Of a stretch of DNA of 64,000 nucleotides, positions 1 through 12,400 are shown piece by piece. A program made the translations under genes and the position numbers. Within the stretch, counting starts at the first letter, position 1. Each line of letters opens with the position of its first letter. The notes under the pieces were generated by a model. It searched no databases and was not told where the DNA came from. It saw only the letters and a list, made by a program, of their open reading frames with translations. This DNA comes from Botryllus schlosseri (taxonomy: Eukaryota): assembly GCA_051294905.1 (NCBI GenBank), contig CM119372.1, positions 29,452,001-29,516,000 of the forward strand, given 5' to 3'.

Positions 1-804
1 TGACTCGGTGCTTCAGAAATGTGGATTGACTCGTGACTCGGAGCAAAATGTACGAGTCAATTTCAAGTCATCAAATAAACGGTGTCGATAAATCAATGTA
101 TCTTGTTTATGTTTGGATTGCTCGCGATACGCCGGTGTCACTTGTGAGAGCAGCCAGTCATTCACGGATTGTACATTTCACTGATCCTCCATCGTCACAT
201 CACAAACAAATTGAACGCAAACGAAATGACCCCATCTTGCGTTAATGTGCGAGCAATAGATTAATCTAAAAGCGACGTATCTATGTTCCTTATAGACGAC
301 TCAGTGCATACATTACGCAGTGCTCACCTTAATCAACAATCTTGTATGATTTAAATCGAAGGAATATAGTTTATGCGTTTATATTCTCGCGGATGTGTAG
401 ATGGGTAGTGTACTAAACCAAATGACTCTGTGTTAACTTCTTGAGGCATCGTGTTCGATCCTCGATTTTAGCTAACTATTTTATTGGTAGTTCTACGCCT
501 GTGTGAGCGATGCAACACCATTTTTATGTATATTTAACTTTATATTCGTTATTTGACTCAAGATAAATGTCCAATCAATCTGTCTTTCACACAGCTAGCA
601 AAATGTAATGACTTAGAATCATCATTCATACTTCGAAAATTCAGTTTGACTTGAATTGTGACTTGACTCGTGACTTGACTTGACTTGACTTGACTTGACT
701 CGAGTCACCTTCGAAAATCGGTTGACTTGACTTGACTCGAGTCAAAATGTGCAATGACTCGAGATGACTCGTGACTCGAAGGTAGTGACTTGATCCCAAC
801 ACTG
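1..804. mobile_element. Right part of a non-autonomous hAT-like DNA transposon (MITE) with GACTT/GACTC subterminal repeats
   Basis: Ends in ...GACTTGATCCCAACACTG at 804 (reverse complement CAGTGTTGGG, hAT-type terminus); dense TGACT/TGACTC repeats at 645-790 and 1-60. The left end is outside the window, so the TSD cannot be checked. Confidence 0.55.
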
Positions 805-2269
805 CTTGTTACTGATGAAATGAGGTATTTCTTACTGCTCGAGTTATAGTAGCGTGCGACAGTGTAGGGTATGGTGGCTTATATCTACCATACGCATAAA
901 AGTTCGTCAACACCAGGAGGTTTATCTGACCCATGCAATATATTCGACATTTACACATGTAAATTGATGCTACCTTGGCACATTTGAAAAAATCTCAAAC
1001 CCTTCCTATTTTACTGTCAGCTTACCTCACAACATTGCGTGTACGGTTACCAGTTCACTGCTCATTAATTTTATTGCGTGCTGTTCCATTTTGGGGGTCT
1101 TAACTTTCGCCAATAGTAAGTCTTTACAAAGAAATTCAATTTCTAAAGTGTATAAAGGTTGGGGACCTATCTTATAATTTGACAACACCTTTGTATTATG
1201 TTTTTCTGTAGATGGGGTCACTGCTAGCAGTACGTTACCACACTAGATTTACATGTCGTGAGATTCTGCTGCGATTTCCAAATAATCCCGTGTGTATAGG
1301 CCTATATACGTTCTTACACCGTTGTCCACATATGATATAAAGAAACTGGGGATATCATTGGAGCATCGGGGCTGTTTAAATGGATAATCTCATCCAAAAT
1401 AATTAGAATATATACACTGGAACATTTCCACACGTCAGTAGTATAGTAGCTCGCTGGCATGAGGCCATTGGCTCTTATGTGCGCGGCGGTGATGTGCCTG
1501 AAAACCCATGGTGGCACATCGTACTTTTGGAACCCCCCTCTCGGCGGTGATGTGCCATGTGTTCTTATGGGCGCGGTGATGATGCTACCCTTTCAGGTAT
1601 AGGCTGTGGTGATGATGGGCCGTGACAACTCGTGGTGATGTGTCGCACTTTCAGGTATAGGCTGCGGTGATGATGTGCCTGTGCGGCGATGACGGTACCC
1701 TTTCAGGTATATGCTGTGGCGATGATATGCCCACGGATTCTTGTGTCGTAAGTAGTGTAGTAGATCGGTCGTGACCTGGAAGGGGTTCTTATGGGCCCTC
1801 TCGCACGGTGCCTCGAAACTCGTGTTGGCACGGTGACCCTTTTGACCCCCCTTCCGTTCGCACGGTGCCATTGTGTCTTATGGGCTCTCTCACACGGTAA
1901 CCCTTTTCGGTATAGGGATCGCTCACACGGTGCTTCGAAAACTCGTGTTGGCACATCGTACTTTCAGGTATAGGCATCTCTCACACGGTGCCTCGAAAAC
2001 TCGTGTTGGCAAGTCGTACTTGTGGGTATAGGCATCTCTCGCACGGTGTTGAATATGTATCAGGTATGGAAAATAGTCACGTGATTGGAGGCATCTCTCG
2101 CACGTCGTACTTTCGGGTGTAGGCTGCGTTGGCATGTCGTAATTTCGGGTATAGGTATCCCTCGTGTGGTGTCTTATGGCTGCGGTGGCAAGTCGTACTT
2201 TCAGGTATTTAGTTTGCTACAGAGCCGGCGTAGACGGTGCTTCCAACAATAGCCGCGTTCACAAACCAA

Positions 2270-2880
2270 CACTTCAAATAGGTGTGAAATTGTTTGCAAA
2301 ACCCCGCGATCGCTGACAAGATAATGTCTCGGACATAGCCATCTTTCGTGACTTGGAGTTACAGGCATGCCGATGGCTCAAGGTGTGAAATTTTAGTAAG
2401 CAGTTTGTCACAGAACTTGATTTCACTCGTAATATTTAATAAGTAACGAATAACAGAACCACCAGTATCGGTAACTTGAATAGTGACAAATTGTCACTTA
2501 TTTCTGCTTTAACCCTAATCCTTTGTGAAGTGACCGCTTATTCAAAAAGGTGTGAAATAAGTTACAAATCCCACGATCGCTCACGAGATAACACCTAAGA
2601 CATAGCCATCTCTCACAACTTGTTGTTACATACATTCTAATCGCCATAATGTAATATTTTGATAATCAGTATGTCACAGAACTGGATTTCACTGGTAAAA
2701 TTTAATAAGTAACGAATAACAGAACCGTCGCAGACGGTGATTCGAATACCGAAAAATTCTCACTTATTTCCGATCCAACCCTAATCCTTTGCGAAGTTGA
2801 CGCTTATTCAGATAGGTGTGAAATAATTGTAAAACCCTACGTCGTTGACAGGATAATGCATCAGACATAACGATCTAGCT
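2270..2880. repeat. Diverged ~267-bp subterminal tandem repeat (two full units plus a partial third)
   Basis: Unit start GGTGTGAAAT...GACATA(G/A)C.ATC recurs at about 2281, 2549 and 2815; mirrored at about 14295-14900; related units at about 52030-52600 in E4. Confidence 0.8.
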
Positions 2881-5800
2881 ATAGCACGGGTCGGAATCCA
2901 TTCGCGAGATGTTCTATCGGTAAATTGAGGTAACCCGAAACGAAATATTTTGACTTGGTGTAGTGTAAATTGAAATAGGATTGACAAACATGACTACCAT
3001 CTTTCCCCCAGTCGCATTTCGATATTATACGCACATTGATTTGAAACAAGTAATGAAACATTTTAACTCTATTCACGATCCGGCTTTCCGTTTGTCAAAG
3101 AGACATTTTAACATCTTACCATACGCAAAATAATTATTCATAACATTAACCGGTGTTAAAAATATAGTTTTGACTTACTTGATTATATCACTACAACTTG
3201 CAAACTTGAATTAATTCATCCTGGTTGTATTCATATGACGATAATTTTTATTTAACTGTAAAGGTCGTTACTATTCTGTAAGACAAAGTATTTACTAATC
3301 GGTACATATACGACTTGGCATAAACCCATTACATTTTGAGTATATGAGATTTGAATGACTGAATAATAACTGAGAATTAAATTATCACAAGTGAATCCGT
3401 GAAAGATATTGGAATGTCAGCAACTCTTTACGTTCATAGTTACAACCACATTAACTAATTTACCCGGCCAACACGTCATGATCATTCCTGATATCAACAC
3501 AAACACGACCACTGACTTGAGTTAACCATAAAACGGCATCAAGTTTTTAATCCACTTGTAGCTTTCAGATTATTCGAATGCATCGATGGAGAATATTATT
3601 GGACTCGTCGATATTGTTACTTCAACAAATTATCGCTTACGCCGACTGCGAAAGTTAATATCGAATGATAAGATTTGATCACATATTTGTAGAACACAGA
3701 CATGACAAAGAACATTACTGATATTTTATAAACTAGTCATATTACTTTTCACATCTATCAATATCAGAATACAAGTCATCAATCTTTTTGTTAAATGTAA
3801 CATAGCACTTTTGGAATCGGATTCGTTATAGTCATACAAATTGTATTAAACCCAACACCAAAACAAAAGGACTTTCAAGTTCATTGAAATCAAATCATTC
3901 GTCTTCGACTTGCGCTTTATTAGATTGTACGCAACAATTCGTTACGAATGAGCTGTAACCATAGTTAAGAAATCTTTGTGTCCACAGATGTGGAAGATGA
4001 ATATAGCTAACACAATCACGAATCGACGTTTCAGAGTATTTCACGGATGTAATAAACTTGTTAGTGTCGCCTATCTAAAAGTATGCATGCGTTCGATATC
4101 CATACCGACAGTTGCGATGTTTAGGATTCGCTTACAATGACCAAGAGTGAGGATTTAACATCAATGTCGTTACTGGCGTATTGACAACAGAGAATCGAAA
4201 CATTACACAGTGTGAAAATATATCTTTGATATCCAAGCACTAACCCAAGTACACGATTAATACTCAACCCCGTTCACACTTTCTATAGAACGTGCTAAAT
4301 GTAAAATATCACGAGGTTGCAAGACTTTGATCATTACAAAAGTAAATTGGAATATGTTTGCTAGATGCATTCAATTCAGCTGGAAATGTCTAGTGCACAA
4401 CAATCGTAATATCAAGGAAGTACTTGCTACAGTGTAATATGCTAAACGTGTTTTGCATTGTTGTTCATTTGTAGTATTGATTGAAATTGTTCTTGAACCC
4501 TCAAGTAATAATTTCCGACATGAAACCAAACCGCTGAAAGTCGTTGCCATCACAAAGAAACAATTCGTACGAAGTTTGCCAAATGTGTACTATAGTTAGT
4601 AGTACTAGAATTATTTGTGTAACACATACACCGACAAAGAAATCGGAAATTTTTCCGTTGTCATTCGCTAAAGTAAATGCCATCACAATACTCTGTCACT
4701 AAAATACCATACTTGTATGTGATTGAATCCCTAACAATTAACTCACTAAACCGAACTCCAAAGAAATTTTACTCACTCGACGGATATGAAACAGCGTCGC
4801 TTAACCGGTCTATATCGTTTTCTAAAGGTAAATCATATCCGTCCAATAGAAAACAATTTTCATTAGCTTGGTAATGAAACCGAGTGGGTCTTCATTCAAT
4901 ATTTTGTTTGTGTCAAATACTTTGCAATAAACACACTGGAGTGGTTGAGCTTTACATCATCAGGCTGTAATCTGTAAATCAAGCCTACATTCGATTTGTA
5001 ACTGTATTGTTTACCTAACCGAGTTGTATGCAGAGTTTGATATTTTTGTCATTTAGTGATTGCTGAACATACCACTACGAAACACTCTGTTGATCTTAAT
5101 TCTCTTTGTCGTTATCATCGACGTACATTTGTTTCGAGTACGTAACAACCGACTTTTCTATGACATGATAATTTTTGACAAGTTATGCTTAGAAGATTGG
5201 TACATACCGCGAAAAATAATATACCACTCATATTGATACTGTTACTCCATTGATCAGTATTCTCAAACGGGTCGATTTTCAAACGAGTAAAATTAATTAC
5301 TTGAGTTGTTCTCCTTACTATATATGTAAATGTAAACTCACCCGTCTTTCAACAACAAACAATGATAAAAAGTATCCAATCAAACACAACAAGTTTTACT
5401 ATTAGCCAACTCAACTCATTTCTTACTGAAGGCATATGAAATATATTCATGTTACACGAAAATACTCGATATTCCCATGCTACAAACCTGTACAATGATT
5501 GGTGGTGCTTTCAAACTGTCTCGTTACCTCAAGAACTTTATTGTCTGAATGGTTGTTCATGTATCTTAATAATCAAATAGTTCAACACAGAACTAGTACG
5601 AACAGAAACATCAGAGTTGTTTACACAAAGTTTGTATGTGGATACCATGTGTAAGTCCAGCATAATTGTAGTATCTATCCGAGTGTAGTTAACAAAAATT
5701 TATTATAACAGAGCCGCGTAAACTTTCGTGAAAGAAAAGCATACCCACTTCCTGAGGCTTCTGTCAATGCCATAACAATAAACCAGCTACTCCAACAACA

Positions 5801-6619
5801 GAGTACATATGTTTTCTAGTCACGGTCCTTACATCTTTCACATAGATCAATCTACTTTGCTACCGAAAAGTGCTGAGTCATCACATGATTGTCCTCACAA
5901 CAAAACAACCAGTAGATGGAGCCGTATTAAAATTTTACCAACCCTTTGCACACCAGTGACAAATTATTAAGTGAATCGAGTTGTTGTTCAGCGTCAAGTC
6001 TCCATGTCGAAGCGAAGCGTACATTAAAACAGCGCAAACACAATCCAATTAAAACCACGAATCTATTTTCATTTCCTCACAAACTGCCACATACAGAAAA
6101 ACAAATTTTATTTTCCCAAAACATACTTGTAACCAATCGCTTTCATTAAACACACAACCCCATAAAAGTATTTACTTTCTACAACATAGACATTCCGATG
6201 TCGTCAAGAAATATTTTTATTAATCAAAATCACCGACTTCTGTTTACGGTGTTAGTGTGTGCATGTCATACATGTGGGACCCGTATTAAAATGGACACGA
6301 CACGACTGAATGTGAGGAGATAGAAGTCTATCGCATAGATTTACATGTGGTCTTCGCTACGGTTTCAAAAAACGAATCATCTCTTTTGCATTGATCGAGA
6401 CCGAACAAGTTAGTTACATGTATTCACGGTCATGATTGTGTTTGGCGTATGCGAATGATAGGGTTACTGTCAAATCTACATACAACAACCTTCTGGCGCT
6501 CATAATAGCAATTTCATTCTCTCCCTTCGTAATTGTATATTCACGACAAGTATATTGTACAACTCGACAGCTACGTTTAAAAAGACCAACGACACCGAAC
6601 CCACGACGTTTACCTATGT

Positions 6620-7060
6620 AAAATTACCACTTTCACTTGGCATTCCATCGTTTACCAGCCTAAACATATCATTTTCCTTTGGAGATCTGACGATTACCCA
6701 GAGTAAGAAACCATTTTCACTTGGAAATCTGTTTTTTCCCTGGGTAACAAACCTTTTTTCACTTGGAAATATATTTTTGTCCCGGGTAACAAACCTTTTT
6801 CGCTTGGAAATATATTTTTTACCTGAGCAACAAACCATTTTTGCTTGGAAATATATTTTCTCCCTGAGCAACAAACCATTTTCACTTGGCGGTCCGTCGT
6901 TTACCTGAGTAAAATATCATTTTCCTTTGGAGATCTGTCGTTTACCTGAGTAAAAATATCATTTTCCTTTGGAGATCTGGCGTTTACCCAGTGTAACAAT
7001 ACATTTTCACTTGGTCATCTATCTTTTCCTAGAGTAACAAAACCACTTTCATTTTGAAAT
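6620..7060. repeat. ~40-42 bp minisatellite (CCATTTTCACTTGGAAAT...GTAACAAA)
   Basis: About 10 diverged units; homologous arrays at about 10200-10600 (inverted), 20220-20550 and 41300-41720. Confidence 0.85.
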
Positions 7061-7789
7061 CTGACAAACACCCCTGCCAATTTGGTATTTGTTGTATTGA
7101 CGATAGTTTGAAATAGATTACAACGAACAGCGACAAAATATACACCAACAGCGACTCCGATGCATTTGCGTAATCGCATATTCACTTGTGCTGGTGCATC
7201 CCATCAAAATCATCGGTTGTCCACATGCAATGTGCTCTTGTATATCGAAATGTATGTTTGGGAAATTTGACAATAGGTTTCGATAGGTCTGTGATGTCCG
7301 GGTTCGTGCTTTGGATTGTCCAGAGTTAAAATGTCTGAATAAAACACCTCCTCGACTTTGGTAACTGGTTGGTACGTGGATAACGGTGTTCGGAAAACGG
7401 TTGGATTTATTTCAACCATCGCGATAACAATTCCGGGTCGAGTTTTCTCCCACATGTTTACTATATTGTGTCTTTATTGGTCAATGTATGTCTCGACATT
7501 CAGTTTGAAATCGGAAACCCTGATAAAGTACGTAACTGGATCCGGATACCAACTCTGAATCGATAAACCAATGAACAATATTCAAGTAAACATGTTACAC
7601 CCTGTGTTTCCACGAAAAAATACCATCCACACCTACGTCGCGATTGTTTGCCCACACAAGTATACGCGAAAATGGAGGTGTGTGACATTGCATGCAATGT
7701 GTTGGTATACAAACATCGGGGAGTAAGCCTTCGATCCACAGACATTATCTTAGCCGGTAATTTTGATGCAGATCGAATGTCACCAAGCA

Positions 7790-8120
7790 CCCCGCGATAA
7801 CAATACCAATAAGACACATTGCAATGACTCTGAGTCTGTAAATTCAATCCGAAGCATGACATACAGACACACAAACATGGAACCATAATATGGTTATTCG
7901 CACGACTACCATTGGTGGTGAAAGTGAACTGTACAGCATATACCAATAGAGCGTTCACAGTCGAATATGCGAACCATGCACGATCGTATACCCAGGTTTT
8001 GTTAGATATGTACGAATCCGATAAATCGATACATTTCCTTTCCTTCAACGTCAATAATACAAGGGTCATTCCAATGCATCGCTCGAATGTGAGGTTCATC
8101 GGGTGTAAAATCCATGTCAA
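7790..8120 (-). pseudogene. Possible decayed adenain-type (Polinton) cysteine protease relic
   Basis: Across shifted minus-strand frames: AMHW, then SDSY, then LQTQSHCNVSYWYC, loosely matching the HW / FDSYG / Q...CG.YC order of adenovirus-like proteases. Weak. Confidence 0.25.
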
Positions 8121-8219
8121 ATAGCACCAAAGTGTGCCTTCCGTGTTTTATTATTTCTACCGTCGCATCATGTCTGTGTCGTAACACTATGGTGCGGGGG
8201 TTTGAGAAACGGTACATTG

Positions 8220-8646
8220 CAGAGATGAGCATGGATTAGGATTAGGTTTTGAAAAAACAGGATTTGTGAAATTTTGTCGGATTTGGATTGGATTTGGATT
8301 AGACATTTTTTTCGGAACGGATTAGGATTTGGATTGGATTTACCTATTTTCTGGGAGATTGAGATGTCGTGTGGCGAATGGCAACAAACTTTATTCAGAT
8401 CAGTTATTAATGTACTTATGGTTACTAAGTTATATTGAATCAAGTGAATCGTTGGTTGTGAAAGAAAATTTTCGAATCCCTCCATTGCTAAAATTGGTAT
8501 TTTTTCTGAATTTCCAGTTGGAATCGGATTAGGATTGGACATGGACTTGAATATGAAAAAGTTTCGGATTAGGATTTGGATTTGGATTTGAAGGTTCAGA
8601 TTTGGATTGGATTAGGACATAGAAATTTCAAATCCGCTCATCTCTG
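8220..8646. mobile_element. hAT-type MITE (427 bp) in the E2 spacer
   Basis: TIR CAGAGATGAGC...GCTCATCTCTG; 8-bp TSD GTACATTG (8212-8219, 8647-8654); internal GGATT(A/T)G repeats. Confidence 0.92.
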
Positions 8647-8659
8647 GTACATTGTACAA

Positions 8660-8970
8660 CGGATTGACATGACCAACTGAAACCGACTTCAATAGCCTTG
8701 TGGTGATGCCGTTTCAAAATGCTACCGATATGGCAAACTGAAACCAACGTCAATAGCCTTGTGGTGATGTCGTTTCAAAATGTTACCGATATGACACACT
8801 GAACCCAACGTCAATAGTCTTGTGGTGATGCGGTTTCAAAATGTTACAGATATGACAAATTGAGACCAACCCGATCTCTTGTGGTGATGCGGTTTCAAAA
8901 TGTTACCTATATGACAAATTGAGACTAACCCCGATCTCTTGTGGTGATGGCCGTTTCGAAATGTCACCGG
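8660..8970. repeat. ~60-bp tandem repeat, about 5 copies
   Basis: TTGTGGTGATG recurs at about 8698, 8759, 8820, 8879 and 8939 with homologous intervening sequence. Confidence 0.9.
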
Positions 8971-9441
8971 ACGAGCTGGACAAACCCATACGGAGGTGTG
9001 TTTTATGATTGCGTGTGAAATCACGAGGTGGTGTTCTATTGTGGTGTACGATTGCAGTCTTCATTCCACAGAAACACACCTTATTGGATCACAGTATCAG
9101 TCCGAGATTTGCAGAATCACTGTTCACGATATTTATCTGGAGTCGTTATGTAGGAGTAGCGACATCCATTCATCGTGGCGTAGTGAAAGACTGATCGCAA
9201 TCATTTCGAGCACCGTACTTGGATAGTTCACCTTGGTCAAACGCTGTAGTCTCAGCAGAGAACTTCGGTGTCGACAACACGATGGATATCGACCGATGCA
9301 TCCAGTCACCAGTGGTCTGGGTGGTCTGTCCGCAGATAGGGTCATGACTATCTTGTAATGTTACAACACGATAACACCATCGAGTAAATCAGTGAACGGT
9401 GTCGAAATATCGATGTAATAGCGCGACAGTCATTTGACTCC

Positions 9442-12400
9442 GCAATGTGTCTTATTGGTATTGTTATCGCGGGGTGCTTAGTGACATTCGATCTGCATCA
9501 AAATTACCGGCTATGATAATGTCTGTGGATCGAAGGCTTACTCCCCGATGTTTGTATACCAACACATTGCATGCAATGTCACACACCTCCATTTACGCGT
9601 ATGCTTGTGTGGGCAAACAATCGCGACGTAGGTGTGGATGGTATTTTTTCGTGGAAACACAGGGTGTAACATGTTTACTTGAATATTGTGCATTGGTTTA
9701 TCGATTCAGAGTTGATATCCGGATCCAGTTACGTACTTTATCAGGGTTTCCGATTTCAAACTGAATGTCGAGACATACATTGACCAATAAAGACACAATA
9801 TAGTAAACATGTGGGAGAAAACTCGACCCGGAATTGTAATCGCGATGGGTGAAATAAATCCAAACGTTTTCCGAACACCGTTATCCACGTACCAACCAGT
9901 TACCAAAGTCGAGGAGGTGTTTTATTCAGACATTTTAACTCTGGACAATCCAAAGCACGAACCCGGACATCACAGACCTATCGAAACCTATTGTCAAATT
10001 TCCCAAACATACATTTCGATATACAAGAGCACATTGCATGTGGACAACCGATGATTTTGATGGGATGCACCAGTACAAGTGAATATGCGATTACGCAAAT
10101 GCACCGGAGTCGCTGTTGGTGTATATTTTTTCGCTGTTCGTTGTAATCTATTTCAAACTATCGTCAATACAACAAATACCAAATTGGCAGGGGTGTTTGT
10201 CAGATTTCAAAATGAAAGTGGTTTTGTTACTCTAGGAAAAGATAGATGACAAAGTGAAAATGTATTGTTACACTGGGTAAACGCCAGATCTCCAAAGGAA
10301 AATGATATTTTTACTCAGGTAAACGACAGATCTCCAAAGGAAAATGATATTTTACTCAGATAAACGACGGACCGCCAAGTGAAAATGGTTTGTTGCTCAG
10401 GTAAAAAATATATTTCCAAGCGAAAAAGGTTTGTTACCCGGGGCAAAAATATATTTCCAAGTGAAAAAAGGTTTGTTACCCAGGGAAAAAAACAGATTTC
10501 CAAGTGAAAATGGTTTCTTACTCTGGGTAAACGTCAGATCTCCAAAAGAAAATGATACGTTTAGGCAGGTAAACGATGGAATGCCAAGTGAAAGTGGTAA
10601 TTTTTCATAGGTAAACGTCGTGGGTTCGGTGTCGTTGGTCTTGTTAAACGTAGCTGTCGAGTTGTACAATATACTTGTCGTGAATATACAATTACGAAGG
10701 GAGAGAATGAAATTGCTATTATGAGCGCCAGAAGGTTGTTGTATGTAGATTTGACAGTAACCCTATCATTCGCATATGCCAAACACAATCATGACCGTGA
10801 ATACATGTAACTAACTTGTTCGGTCTCGATCAATGCAAAAGAGATGATTCGTTTTTTGAAATCGTAGCGAAGACCACATGTAAATCTATGCGATAGACTT
10901 CTATCTCCTCACATTCAGTCGTGTCGTGTCCATTTTAATACTGGTGCCACATGTATGACATGCACACACTAACACCGTAAACAGAAGTCGGTGATTTTGA
11001 TTAATAAAAATATTTCTTGACGACATCGGAATGTCTATTTTGTAGAAAGTAAATACTTTTATGGTGTTGTGTGTTTAATGAAAGCGATTGGTTACAAGTA
11101 TGTTTTGGGAAAATAAAATTTATTTTTCTGTATGTGGCAGTTTGTGAGGAAATGAAAATAGATTCGTGGTTTTAATTGGATTGTGTTTGCGCTGTTTTAA
11201 TGTACGCGTCGCTTCGACATGGAGACTTGACGCTGAACAACAACTCGATTCACTTAACAATTTGTCACTGGTGTGCAAAGGGTTGGTAAAATTTTAATAC
11301 GGCTCCATCTACTGGTTGTTTTGTTGTGAGGACAATCATGTGATGACTCAGCACTTTTCGGTAGCAAAGTAGATTGATCTATGTGAAAGATGTAAGGACC
11401 GTGACTAGAAAACATATGTACTCTGTTGTTGGAGTAGCTGGTTTATTGTTATGGCATTGACAGAAGCCTCAGGAAGTGGGTATGCTTTTCTTTCACGAAA
11501 GTTTACGTGGCTCTGTTATAATAAATTTTTGTTAACTACACTCGGATAGATAATACAATTATGCTGGACTTACACATGGTATTCACATACAAACTTTGTG
11601 TAAGCAACTCTGATGTTTCTGTTCGTACTAGTTCTGTGTTGAACTATTTGATTATTAAGATACATGAACAACCATTCAGACAATATAGTTCTTGAGGTAA
11701 CGCGACAGTTTGAAAGCACCACCAATCATTGTACAGGTTTGTAGCATGGGAATATCGAGTATTTTCGTGTAGCATGAATATATTTCATATGCCTTCGGTA
11801 AGAAATGAGTTAAGTTGGCTAATAGTAAAACTTGTTGTGTTTGATTGGATACTTTTTATCATTGTTTGTTGTTGAAAGACGGGTGAGTTTACATTTACAT
11901 ATATAGTAAGGAGAACAACTCAAGTAATCAATTTTACTCGTTTGAAAATCGACCCGTTTGAGAATACTGATCAATGGAGTAACAGTATCAATATGAGTGG
12001 TATAATATTTTTCGCGGTATGTACCAATCTTCTAAGCATAACTTGTCAAAAATTTATCATTTCATAGAAAAGTCGGTTGTTACGTACTCGAAACAAATGT
12101 ACGTCGATGATAACGACAAAGAGAATTAAGATCAACAGAGTGTTTCGAAGTGGTATGTTCAGCAATCACTAAATGACAAAAATATCAAACTCTGCATACA
12201 ACTCGGTTAGGTAAACAATACAGTTACAAATCGGAAGTAAGCTTGATTTACAGATTACAGCCTGATGATGTAAAGCTCAACCACTCCAGTGTGTTTATTG
12301 CAAAGTATTTGACACAAACAAAATATTGAATGAAGACCCACTCGGTTTCATTACCAAGCTAGTGAAAATTGTTTTCTATTGGATGGATATGATTTACCTT

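Larger units (their letters stand above)
1751..7822 (+). repeat. E2 left inverted arm (~6.07 kb)
   Basis: Near-identical reverse complement of 9442-15421; mirrored ORF-track entries, e.g. 2879..3076(-) = 14095..14292(+) and 7210..7455(-) ~ 9809..10054(+). Confidence 0.97.

Noticed and set aside
1751..2200. Repeat/linker alternation in the TIRs as a CRISPR-like array
   Set aside because: Units are short and degenerate, and linkers recur within and between elements rather than being unique spacers; treated as an iteron-like array instead.
7500..8120. 206-aa ORF as an intact gene
   Set aside because: It crosses the arm/spacer junction, motif-like pieces fall in different frames, and there is no coherent domain; at most a relic.
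8225..8640. GGATTAGG repeats suggesting TTAGG telomeric sequence
   Set aside because: They are subterminal repeats inside a TIR- and TSD-bounded hAT MITE, not tandem telomere arrays.
8660..8970. Regularly spaced TTGTGGTGATG repeats resembling a CRISPR array
   Set aside because: The intervening sequences are homologous to each other (a plain 60-bp tandem repeat); eukaryotic TE context; no cas genes.
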